Part shown: piece by piece, positions 56,139-64,000 of the stretch
Numbering within the stretch: the first letter of the stretch is position 1
Layout: every line of letters begins with the position of its first letter
Assembly: GCA_963764725.1 (NCBI GenBank)
Contig: CAVXTM010000015.1
Span: 288,001 to 352,000 of the forward strand
DNA: 64,000 nucleotides
Direction of reading: 5' to 3'
Source: an uncultured Gammaproteobacteria bacterium
GTDB taxonomy: Bacteria; Pseudomonadota; Gammaproteobacteria; JACCXJ01
Translations under genes and position numbers: made by a program
The notes under the pieces: model-generated
Database searches by the model: none
What the model saw: the letters and a program-made list of their open reading frames with translations, nothing else
What the model was told of the DNA's origin: nothing

Positions 56139-56888
56139 CTAAACCATCCCCAGTCGTTGACGGATTTCCGCCCATAAATTCCCGTACGCTTGCGCCGCTG
56201 AGCTCGCAGGTGCGAATACCAACAATGGCGCCCGCTGCCGGCCCATGAGTTCGACTTGACTTGCGTATGGAATCGTTGTCAACAGAAACTGCGAGGCGGC
56301 GCCCGTAGCCTCTTTAACGATATCTCGGTGCAAGCGCTTGCGGTGGTCTACCATCACAAAGAAAGGCAAGACATCGGGTACTCGTTTGTTTAGCCCTTGC
56401 AGATGATCGAGCAGCTGCCTATGGGTCCGCAGCGATAGCGGCGTCGGTATGGTGGGAACGATCAACGCATCAGCGACCTTAAGTACGTTGTCTGCCAACA
56501 GTGAAATTCCCGGCGGACAATCAAGAATGATTAATGCGTAGTTTTCGGCTACTGGTTCGAGAAGCCTACGTAATTGTTTCGCGGGCTTGTTGCGCTCATA
56601 AAGCGCTAGATCGAAGTGTCGATATGAAAAATCGGCTGGCAGCACATCGAGACGTTCGAAATCCGACGCCTTAATCGCCGCATCAAGGTCATGTTTATGC
56701 GCCAAGAGCCGATCGATACCTCCTCTGACGCGCGGGTGGATACGAAGATAGAAAGTCGCGGCCCCCTGCGGATCGAGATCCCACAAAAGTGTGGTCAAAC
56801 CCTGCGCCGCCGCCAAGTAGGCAAGATTGACCGCTGTAGCTGTTTTACCGACACCGCCTTTGATGTTGTAAATTGCAAGGATAATCAC
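56139..56888 (-). CDS. ParA/Soj-family ATPase
   Basis: YNIKGGVGKT, WDLDPQG, LDCPP. Confidence 0.9.
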   Translation of the reverse strand: MIILAIYNIKGGVGKTATAVNLAYLAAAQGLTTLLWDLDPQGAATFYLRIHPRVRGGIDRLLAHKHDLDAAIKASDFERLDVLPADFSYRHFDLALYERNKPAKQLRRLLEPVAENYALIILDCPPGISLLADNVLKVADALIVPTIPTPLSLRTHRQLLDHLQGLNKRVPDVLPFFVMVDHRKRLHRDIVKEATGAASQFLLTTIPYASQVELMGRQRAPLLVFAPASSAAQAYGNLWAEIRQRLGMV

Positions 56889-58512
56889 GGGTGAATGATC
56901 CGGGGGGCGAGCATTGTTCATCTCTAGACAAGGCTTTTACTCTAAATAGGCCATGAAATCGTTCAAAGTTTTTCGGTCCTGTAAAAAGCTGAAAGCTTTC
57001 CGCAAAATGCGCGCGAGCCCTCTCTTGCCGCGCGACCAAATTTCCGATTAACGTCCCCATGGCAAGAAGGGTCTCGCGCGCAAGGTCTCCCCGATCCATC
57101 TCGCGTGCGTAACGCTCCAATGCCTTACTCTGAATGGCGGCGTCTTGAAAATCACCCAGTATATCCTGCAAGTGTTTTAATGCTTTAATGCTGTCCTGCA
57201 GTTCCCCTTCGGGAAAAAGGCTGCGGAAAAACTCCAGCAAATAACGGAGCTTCTTGCACGACTTACGTAGTATATGTAACGCCTCTGGCGCTGTATCAGG
57301 TTGGATCGCAGCCCCTTGCTGGCAAATTCTGCGATATAACCGCCACAGGCGGTGGCTAGCGACCAAGATTATCGGTCGCGCTGCACTGGGCAAGCGTGAC
57401 CGGCGTGGAGGATTCGTACACAAGAATCGGCCCCAGCCGCTCAATAGGCGCTTGTAGCGCGCAGAATCCATGGCGATCACAAGCGCCTGATGCGCTTGCC
57501 GTTTATGCTGCCGCAAAAGTACTCGCAGAGGCTCAAGTGCCTTCCGCAGAGAGACCGGTAGGCTTGCTTGATATGCATCGAAGTTCAAAAGGTAGACATC
57601 GAGATCACGCGGCGGACCGGTAATTTGACCTAGCCAAGCAAATTCTCGGCGGTAGCGTTCAACAGTGGAGACGGGGAAAACGCCCTTCATCTGGCCCAAG
57701 GCGGATCGCGTACGGCGGATCGCTACGCGATAGTCGTGCAAGCATTCCGCATCGACGTCCCCACGCACCCCCGCTTCATTGGTTTGCAGGGCCATAAGGA
57801 GTTGCGTGCAAATGTGTTTCACGGCTGCATCGGCGCGCGACTCTGGATTGAGGCAAAGAGTCAATTTGGATGAGTAACTGCCCGGTTGCTTGCCGTTTAT
57901 CGCCAGCGCCTGCAGATAAACGGAATCGTCGATCGGTGCCGCGCCAAGACTTTCTTCCACGAGTGCTCGTACGCGCGAAAACGGCACTGAATATCCTTTC
58001 AGACCAATCAGCCGTAGTTGCCGCACGTGACGTGTAGGTTTGTCACTGTTCCCCAGGCAATAGTCCTCCAATAGGATCCGCAGCAGCGTTTTTCCTTCGG
58101 TATCGACGACCAAGACTGTACGGGTTGTTACAATTACCGTAGCCAATGGTAATAACGCCCGCTGTGCAATGCGCTCTTCGAGCCGCTCGCGAATCGCGCC
58201 GACTGGAAGATCAATGGCAAAGCGCGGTTCCTTATGGAGCGACAGCGAGGCATAGCAATCATTGCCGTCCATTGAGGACCAGGCCAAGCGCAGCGAATGC
58301 GCCGCGCGATCAGTTGTCAGGATCTCGCCTGCCGCAAATAGACGCCAATCGAAAGTATCGTAGTATGTCCGCTGGACCGATTCGGACGGGCGCTCGCGCA
58401 GTTCGAATTCTTCCGAGAGCCGGGTACGTACCGCATGCGGCCCGGCCGGGGAAACGACGGGGAAGATTAATTGGCTACCGCCCGGTCCGAAAACTCGATC
58501 GCGCGGGATCAT
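56845..58512 (-). CDS. CHAD-domain protein
   Basis: YYDTFDWRL; ECLHDYRVAIRRTRS, RDLDV, LHILRKSCKKLRYLLE, LQDILGDFQD. Confidence 0.9.
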   Translation of the reverse strand: MIPRDRVFGPGGSQLIFPVVSPAGPHAVRTRLSEEFELRERPSESVQRTYYDTFDWRLFAAGEILTTDRAAHSLRLAWSSMDGNDCYASLSLHKEPRFAIDLPVGAIRERLEERIAQRALLPLATVIVTTRTVLVVDTEGKTLLRILLEDYCLGNSDKPTRHVRQLRLIGLKGYSVPFSRVRALVEESLGAAPIDDSVYLQALAINGKQPGSYSSKLTLCLNPESRADAAVKHICTQLLMALQTNEAGVRGDVDAECLHDYRVAIRRTRSALGQMKGVFPVSTVERYRREFAWLGQITGPPRDLDVYLLNFDAYQASLPVSLRKALEPLRVLLRQHKRQAHQALVIAMDSARYKRLLSGWGRFLCTNPPRRSRLPSAARPIILVASHRLWRLYRRICQQGAAIQPDTAPEALHILRKSCKKLRYLLEFFRSLFPEGELQDSIKALKHLQDILGDFQDAAIQSKALERYAREMDRGDLARETLLAMGTLIGNLVARQERARAHFAESFQLFTGPKNFERFHGLFRVKALSRDEQCSPPGSFTRDYPCNLQHQRRCR

Positions 58513-58976
58513 GCCGTAGTCATGGAAGGCGCAGCGTAACGAGAGCTCGCGAAAAGTAATGCACGATTGATCAGTTCCTCCTTTATGGAACGGACGTCGC
58601 GTTCTGCGGAAACGCTCAAATCGGACGAAGTCGGTGGCACAGCCGTATTATCTAGGCGCCTTCGTGTTCCAGCAATCCCTCGAACGATCTGAGCGTAAGA
58701 TGGCGAAGGACTGCCTTGCGCGGGCACCCAAAGGCGAGGGATTGGGGCGGCAACGTTCTCATCTACTCAGACGCGATTGCCAACGATAAGCCAGATACAG
58801 GGAGGACGCATCGCCGTCGGCTTCTAAGGACGGATGGGCCAGATACAGATTGCTGTGTAGGGCACCCGGCTACCCTTTAGGCGCATTGGTTAACCAATCC
58901 AAAAGAAGAGCGAAGATGAATCGAGTGGTCGCGCAACGATGCGGGCGGGCTGCACAGTAGATTTATTGACAAGCTC

Positions 58977-61900
58977 TCACATGCGCCGGCGATAGCGGCC
59001 GCCGACTTCATAGAGCGCTTGGGTGATCTGACCCAGCGAGCAGTCACGCACGGTATCCATCAGCTCGGCGAAGGTATTGCCACCCGCATCGATCACCTCT
59101 TGCAGGCGTTTTAACGCTTGCGGGGCCTTATCGGCATGTTGTCGCTTGAAACCTGCGACGGCTTCGATCTGCGCCCGCTTCTCCTCCTCGCTCGCGCGTA
59201 CCAGGCCGCCTGCCATGGCGCGCCGCTCGGCGTCCTCGCGCACGAAGGTATTGACCCCGATGATCGCTAAGTCGCCGCTCTGTTTGCGTCCCTCGTAATA
59301 GAGGCTTTCTTCTTGGATCTTCATGCGCTGATAGAGGGTTTCCATGGCCCCGAGCACGCCGCCGCGTTGCGACAAGCGCGAAAACTCCTCGTAGACCGCC
59401 TCTTCGAGGCGATCGCTCAGCTCCTCGATGATAAAGGAGCCTTGCAAGGGATTCTCGTTGTAATTGAGACCGAGCTCGCGGTTAATGATGAGTTGAATCG
59501 CGAGCGCCCGGCGGGCCGACTCCTCGGTCGGGGTCGTTACCGCCTCGTCGTAGGCGTTCGTGTGCAGGCTATTGCAGTTATCGTAAATGGCATAGAGCGC
59601 CTGCAAGCTGGTGCGGATATCGTTGAACTCGATCTCGCGCGCATGCAAACTGCGTCCTGAGGTCTGAACATGATATTTGAGCATCTGGCTGCGCGGACCC
59701 GCCCGGTAAATCTCCCGCAACGCCCGCGCCCAGATGCGCCGCGCGACCCGCCCGAGCACGGCATATTCCGGGTCCATGCCGTTACTGAAGAAGAAGCTGA
59801 GGCTCGGCGCGAATTGGTCGATTGCCATTCCCCGGCCGAGGTAATACTCGACCAAGGTAAAGCCGTTCGCGAGCGTGAAGGCAAGTTGGGTGAGGGGGTT
59901 GGCGCCGGCCTCGGCGATGTGATAGCCGGAGACCGAGACACTATAGTAATTGCGTACCCGGTGGGCGATAAAGAATTCCTGGATATCGCCCATCATGCGG
60001 AGCGCGAACTCGATGGCGAAGATGCACTCGTTTTGCGCCTGGTCTTCCTTCAAGATATCGGCCTGCACCGTGCCGCGTACTCTAGCCAGGGTGTCGGCGC
60101 GGATGCGCGCGTAGGTCTCGGGGTCCAGCCATTGACCGCCGCTCACTCCCAAGAGCCCGAGGCCCAAGCCGTCATGCCCTTGAGGCAGCAGGCCACGATA
60201 CTGCGGGCGCGGTAGATCCTGGTATACGGCCGCGATCCGCGGCTCGACTTCCTGCCAGCGGCCAGACTCGCGCAGGTATTTTTCCACCTGCTGATCGATG
60301 GCCGCGTTCATGAAGCAGGCGAGCAAGATGGGCGCGGGACCGTTGATGGTCATCGATACCGATGTCGCCGGATCGCAGAGATCGAAGCCCGAGTATAATT
60401 TTTTCACATCGTCTAAGGTCGCAACCGAAACCCCCGACATGCCCAGGCGCCCGTAAATATCGGGGCGCGTGTCGGGATCTTCGCCGTAAAGCACGATCGG
60501 ATCGAAGGCGGTGGAGAGGCGCGTCGCTGTTTGCCCGGCGGCCAGGTAGTGGAAGCGCCGGTTGGTGCGCTCGGGGCCACCTTCGCCCGCGAACATGCGC
60601 GTGGGCTCCTCGGTGCCGCGGCGATAGGGATAGACGCCGGCGGTGTAAGGGTAACGGCCCGGCAGGTTTTCCTTGAGCAAAAAGCGCAGCAGGCTGCCCC
60701 AGTCTTGGTAATGAGGCAGCGCCAACCTCGGAATGCGCAGATGACTCAGGCTCTCGGTGGCATTATCGCCAGTGATCTCGGCTCCACGCACACTATAGGC
60801 ATAGCGTTCCTGCTCGGCCTGGGCGCGCACCTGGGGCCACTCTTCCAGTGCGGCGATGGCCTCGGGGCTTAACGTCGCTAAGGCCTCTTGGTAACAGCGG
60901 CGCAGCCGCACCAGCGCATCGTCACCGTTCGACTGGGAAAGATCGCCGGAGTACGGCTTAAGAGGCGGCGGCAACTGCGGATCGGCCAGCGCTTGCAAAC
61001 TGAGATAATAACCCTGGGCCTGGGAAGCCGCCCGGACCTGCTGTTCGATCGCCGCGGTCTCGGCCCGGCCCTGCTCGGCGATCTCCCCGAGATAGCGGCT
61101 CCGCCGTGCCGGGATGAGCGGTTGTGCCACGCGCGCCGCCGCACGGTCACCCGGGAGTGGCGTCCACGGCTCGCGATCCCGGGATCGAAGGCGATCGAGC
61201 TGCTCGCAAAGCGCATAAAACAAATGCGCGACACCCGGATCACGGACCCGGCTTGCGACCGTGGGATAGACCGGGACTTGGGCGTCTGGAAGAGTAAAGG
61301 CATTGCGATTGCGCCGCCATTGTTTGCGCACGTCCCGCAAGGCGTCTTGCGACTCGCGCGCGTCGCATTTATTGAGCGCGATGAGATCGGCGTAGTCCAG
61401 CATCTGGATCTTCTCGAGCTGCGTGGGCCCGCCGTAATCACTGGTCATGACGTAGAGCGAGACATCGGCGAGTCCCACAAGCTCGGTGCCTCCTTGCCCC
61501 GTGCCGGCGGTCTCGATGATGATGAGATCGAAGTCCAAGGACTTGAGAAAATCGACGCAATCGCCGAGGATTTCGTTGGTGGCCAGGTGCCGGCGCCGGG
61601 TGGCCATGGAACGCATAAAGACGCGGGGATCGGCGGCAAAGTTCATACGCAGGCGATCACCGAGCAAGGCCCCGCCGCTCTTCTGGCGCGTGGGATCGAG
61701 CGCGATGACCGCAAACGCGCGCGTCGGGAAGCTGCGCAAGCAGTCACCGAGCAGCTCGTCGATCACCGTGCTTTTGCCTGAACCGCCGCTGCCCGTGACG
61801 CCCACGACCGGGACGTTCCGATCTTTCCGCTTGCGCCGAGCGGGGATGAAGGGCAAGCCGGTCTCGATGAGCGAAAGCCGGCGGCCGACCGCGCGTATGT

Positions 61901-62393
61901 CTTCCCTCCCAAAGCGTCGCGGCGCCGCATACGCGGATTTCAGCGCGCGTGTGCGGGTGATGATGTCCTTCGCCATGCCTTCGATACCGAGCCGCTGGCC
62001 GTCCTCGGGCAGGTAGATCTTCTCCACCCCGTAGGCCTCGAGGGTCTTCGCTTCCTCGTCCGTGATGGTTCCTCCGCCTCCGGCAAAAACCCGGATCTCA
62101 CCGGCGCCCGCGGCTTTCAAGGAATCCAGCAAATAACGGAAAAACTCCAGGTGCCCGCCCTGATAAGAGCTGACCGCGATCCCGTCGGCATCCTCTTGGA
62201 GCGCTGTGCGCACGATATCCTCGACGCCCCGGTTGTGGCCCAAATGCACCACTTCCGCGCCTTGGGCTTGCAACAAACGCCGGATGATGTTAATCGCCGC
62301 GTCATGGCCATCGAAAATGGAAGTCGCGGTGACGAAGCGCAGCGGCGCTTGGGCCACGAGCTTTGGGGAGGAGGGTTGAGTCATGCTTGCCAT
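58977..62393 (-). CDS. icmF: Fused isobutyryl-CoA mutase/GTPase IcmF
   Basis: B12-binding FDGHDAAIN, MeaI GTPase GSGGSGKS/ETAG/NKCD, mutase RMFAGEG, GTVQADILKEDQ, SLHTNAYDEA. Confidence 0.93.
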   Translation of the reverse strand: MASMTQPSSPKLVAQAPLRFVTATSIFDGHDAAINIIRRLLQAQGAEVVHLGHNRGVEDIVRTALQEDADGIAVSSYQGGHLEFFRYLLDSLKAAGAGEIRVFAGGGGTITDEEAKTLEAYGVEKIYLPEDGQRLGIEGMAKDIITRTRALKSAYAAPRRFGREDIRAVGRRLSLIETGLPFIPARRKRKDRNVPVVGVTGSGGSGKSTVIDELLGDCLRSFPTRAFAVIALDPTRQKSGGALLGDRLRMNFAADPRVFMRSMATRRRHLATNEILGDCVDFLKSLDFDLIIIETAGTGQGGTELVGLADVSLYVMTSDYGGPTQLEKIQMLDYADLIALNKCDARESQDALRDVRKQWRRNRNAFTLPDAQVPVYPTVASRVRDPGVAHLFYALCEQLDRLRSRDREPWTPLPGDRAAARVAQPLIPARRSRYLGEIAEQGRAETAAIEQQVRAASQAQGYYLSLQALADPQLPPPLKPYSGDLSQSNGDDALVRLRRCYQEALATLSPEAIAALEEWPQVRAQAEQERYAYSVRGAEITGDNATESLSHLRIPRLALPHYQDWGSLLRFLLKENLPGRYPYTAGVYPYRRGTEEPTRMFAGEGGPERTNRRFHYLAAGQTATRLSTAFDPIVLYGEDPDTRPDIYGRLGMSGVSVATLDDVKKLYSGFDLCDPATSVSMTINGPAPILLACFMNAAIDQQVEKYLRESGRWQEVEPRIAAVYQDLPRPQYRGLLPQGHDGLGLGLLGVSGGQWLDPETYARIRADTLARVRGTVQADILKEDQAQNECIFAIEFALRMMGDIQEFFIAHRVRNYYSVSVSGYHIAEAGANPLTQLAFTLANGFTLVEYYLGRGMAIDQFAPSLSFFFSNGMDPEYAVLGRVARRIWARALREIYRAGPRSQMLKYHVQTSGRSLHAREIEFNDIRTSLQALYAIYDNCNSLHTNAYDEAVTTPTEESARRALAIQLIINRELGLNYNENPLQGSFIIEELSDRLEEAVYEEFSRLSQRGGVLGAMETLYQRMKIQEESLYYEGRKQSGDLAIIGVNTFVREDAERRAMAGGLVRASEEEKRAQIEAVAGFKRQHADKAPQALKRLQEVIDAGGNTFAELMDTVRDCSLGQITQALYEVGGRYRRRM

Positions 62394-62511
62394 CGCACCT
62401 ACCTGTCGGGAACTCTCTGTTTGCGGAGCGGTTTGGTTTGCAGACTAAGACCCCTCATCCCCGGCGGCGTTCCGGCAGAGGGTGACCACGCTCCCCGCCG
62501 CGACGGTCCGA

Positions 62512-62673
62512 TCACGCGCCGGCGGCGGCGCGCTCGGCGCGTTTGCGTTGGTGTTCGTTGAGGAGCTTCTTGCGCAGCCGGATGGCCTTGGGGGTGATCT
62601 CGACCAGCTCATCGTCGTCGATGAATTCGAGCGCCTGCTCCAGATCCAAGCGGATCGGCGGGGTCAGGAGCTG
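62512..62673 (-). pseudogene. typA: TypA/BipA GTPase, 3' end only
   Basis: LTPPIRLDLEQALEFIDDDELVEITPKAIRLRKK followed by stop. Confidence 0.85.
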
Positions 62674-62687
62674 CATAGGCCAAACGC

Positions 62688-62716
62688 TTTACAATACTAA
62701 CGTTCTCCGTTAGCAT
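62688..62716 (+). promoter_or_regulatory. Sigma70 promoter with internal operator palindrome for higBA
   Basis: TTTACA-N17-TAGCAT, with CTAACG-N5-CGTTAG at 62697-62713. Confidence 0.7.
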
Positions 62717-62721
62717 CATGC

Positions 62722-63003
62722 GTGGCCATCATATCCTTTGCCTGTGCTGACACGGGGAACCTCTTCAATGGCAAGCGGGTCAGGCGTTTCGTAAACATTC
62801 AGACCGTTGCGATGCGCAAGCTCGCGATGCTCAATCGAGCAGCCACGCTGCAGGATCTCAGAGTTCCGCCAGGAAACAGATTGGAGGCGCTTGTGGGAGA
62901 TCGTACAGGCCAACACAGCATTCGGATCAATGACCAGTTTCGAGTCTGTTTTGTGTGGTCGGCGGAAGGCCCTGCAGACGTCGAGATCGTTGACTATCAC
63001 TGA
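62722..63003 (+). CDS. higB: HigB/RelE-family toxin
   Basis: DLRVPPGNRLEALVGDRTGQHSIRINDQFRVCF..VEIVDYH. Confidence 0.93.
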   Translation: MAIISFACADTGNLFNGKRVRRFVNIQTVAMRKLAMLNRAATLQDLRVPPGNRLEALVGDRTGQHSIRINDQFRVCFVWSAEGPADVEIVDYH

Positions 63004-63015
63004 GCGAGCACCAAC

Positions 63016-63378
63016 ATGCGTAAGGTTCCCTATCCACATCCCGGTGAAATTCTCATGGAAGAATTCCTCAAACCCATGGGCATCACCCAGTATCGCCTCG
63101 CGAAGGAAATCGAGGTTCCACAGCGTCGCATCGGAGAGATTGTTGCGGGCACTCGTGGCATCACAGCCGATACGGGCCTACGCCTTTCCCGGTTTTTCGG
63201 CATGTCCGAGGGCTTCTGGATTGGCTTGCAAATGGACTACGACGCAGCCTTGGCTAAGGACACCCTTACAAAGACTCTCGCAAAGATCAAGCCTTGGAGG
63301 CATGACGAGAATGATGGGATCGAGGCCCAACAAGGCGCTGCACCTGACCGAGGCCGCCGTTTTGGCTCCGCGCGGTAG
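63016..63378 (+). CDS. higA: HigA antitoxin (HTH)
   Basis: HPGEILMEEFLKP, ITADTGLRLSRFFG.S..FW..LQ. Confidence 0.92.
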   Translation: MRKVPYPHPGEILMEEFLKPMGITQYRLAKEIEVPQRRIGEIVAGTRGITADTGLRLSRFFGMSEGFWIGLQMDYDAALAKDTLTKTLAKIKPWRHDENDGIEAQQGAAPDRGRRFGSAR

Positions 63379-63423
63379 TATGTCATTGCAGGCGGCCCCG
63401 GCAGGTGAGCTTGGTCGTTGAAG
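63325..63423 (+). other. Integron attC-like recombination site
   Basis: GCCCAAC core, GCTGCACCTGACC / GGCAGGTGAGC inner boxes with two unpaired bases, GGCCGCC/GGCGGCC stem, terminal GTT. Confidence 0.75.
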
Positions 63424-63559
63424 CTGTCGACAAACTCGTTTTTTATGTGTCTTGTGGTGGATCACCTACCCATGGCCCACGTAGACGCGTTTCTTCTGGA
63501 AGCTGTGAGCGATTATGGCAACGAACTTCATAGTAACTCACTTCCCGAACAGAGCTGAC

Positions 63560-64000
63560 TCACATTTTTCTGCATATTTCCTGATAGGATGCTGCTAGCG
63601 CCGTTGGCGTTCTGGAACTTCGGGCTTTCCGGAGGTTGAGCACCTGGCGATCGTAGTGGGACTTGTCAACTCTCTGCACTATGTGTTCGATAATTTCTTT
63701 TAACTCCATCTCATTGTGGAACAAATAGCCGATATCGCCATGGGTCCTAAACATATTTTCGAATAGTGAAAGCCTTCTTGTAATCAAAGGTTTTCCCAAG
63801 CGAGGGCATCTAGCATCGTTCCGCTTGGAGATAGCTCGTAATGTTCCGCATCATGAGGGAATATGATGAAGTGAAGTTTCTTTAGACCTTGGATAAAGTC
63901 TACTCTACTTAAGCAAGTTACCCCCGGCTTGGTTGCCAGAGCGTCTATCTCCATCGTTGGATTTCTTTCCCCTGCGAATCTGCCAATAGCATGGAATTCC
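63560..64000 (-). CDS. GT-B (GT4-like) glycosyltransferase C-terminal part, frameshifted, runs off the window
   Basis: FIIFPH..Y..SPSGTMLDALAW.KPLI...GDIGYLF. Confidence 0.6.

Noticed and set aside
56139-56888. Plasmid or chromosome partition locus
   Set aside because: No parB, parS or rep gene; the ParA is coupled to CHAD.
62807-63421. 204-aa ORF ending PNKALHLT...AGELGR
   Set aside because: Alternative frame of higBA; the tail is a translation of the attC site.

Overview
Mosaic bacterial window, probably from a proteobacterial (likely gammaproteobacterial) assembly. Several genes are cut off back-to-back (about 55665 and 62674) and many carry single-base frameshifts, so some joins and pseudogenes may be assembly artefacts. 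In order it holds: small accessory genes and glnA; a Xanthomonas xps-like type II secretion operon (gspE-F-G-H-I-J-K-L-M-N-D) divergent from a secreted GlcG/HbpS heme-binding protein, with a perfect CRP-type box between them; pfp and a DAACS transporter; a roughly 29-kb surface-polysaccharide island (duplicated GT2 / nucleotidyltransferase / HRDTWY-oxygenase modules, sulfotransferases, two flippases, an Ig/PKD-glycosidase-like protein, a group II intron remnant) that embeds a FAAL-ACAD / ACP / luciferase-like monooxygenase / NRPS / Sfp line; a defence hotspot in which a short, catalytically inactive prokaryotic Argonaute and its APAZ partner sit directly against the 3' half of a type I hsdM gene, itself split at an in-frame palindromic repeat by IS50-like and IS481 elements and followed by an AbrB/PIN toxin-antitoxin pair; a CHAD/ParA/phosphatase cluster; icmF; a typA 3' end; and a higBA cassette with its own promoter and an attC site. 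All family assignments come from motif recognition by eye, not from database searches.
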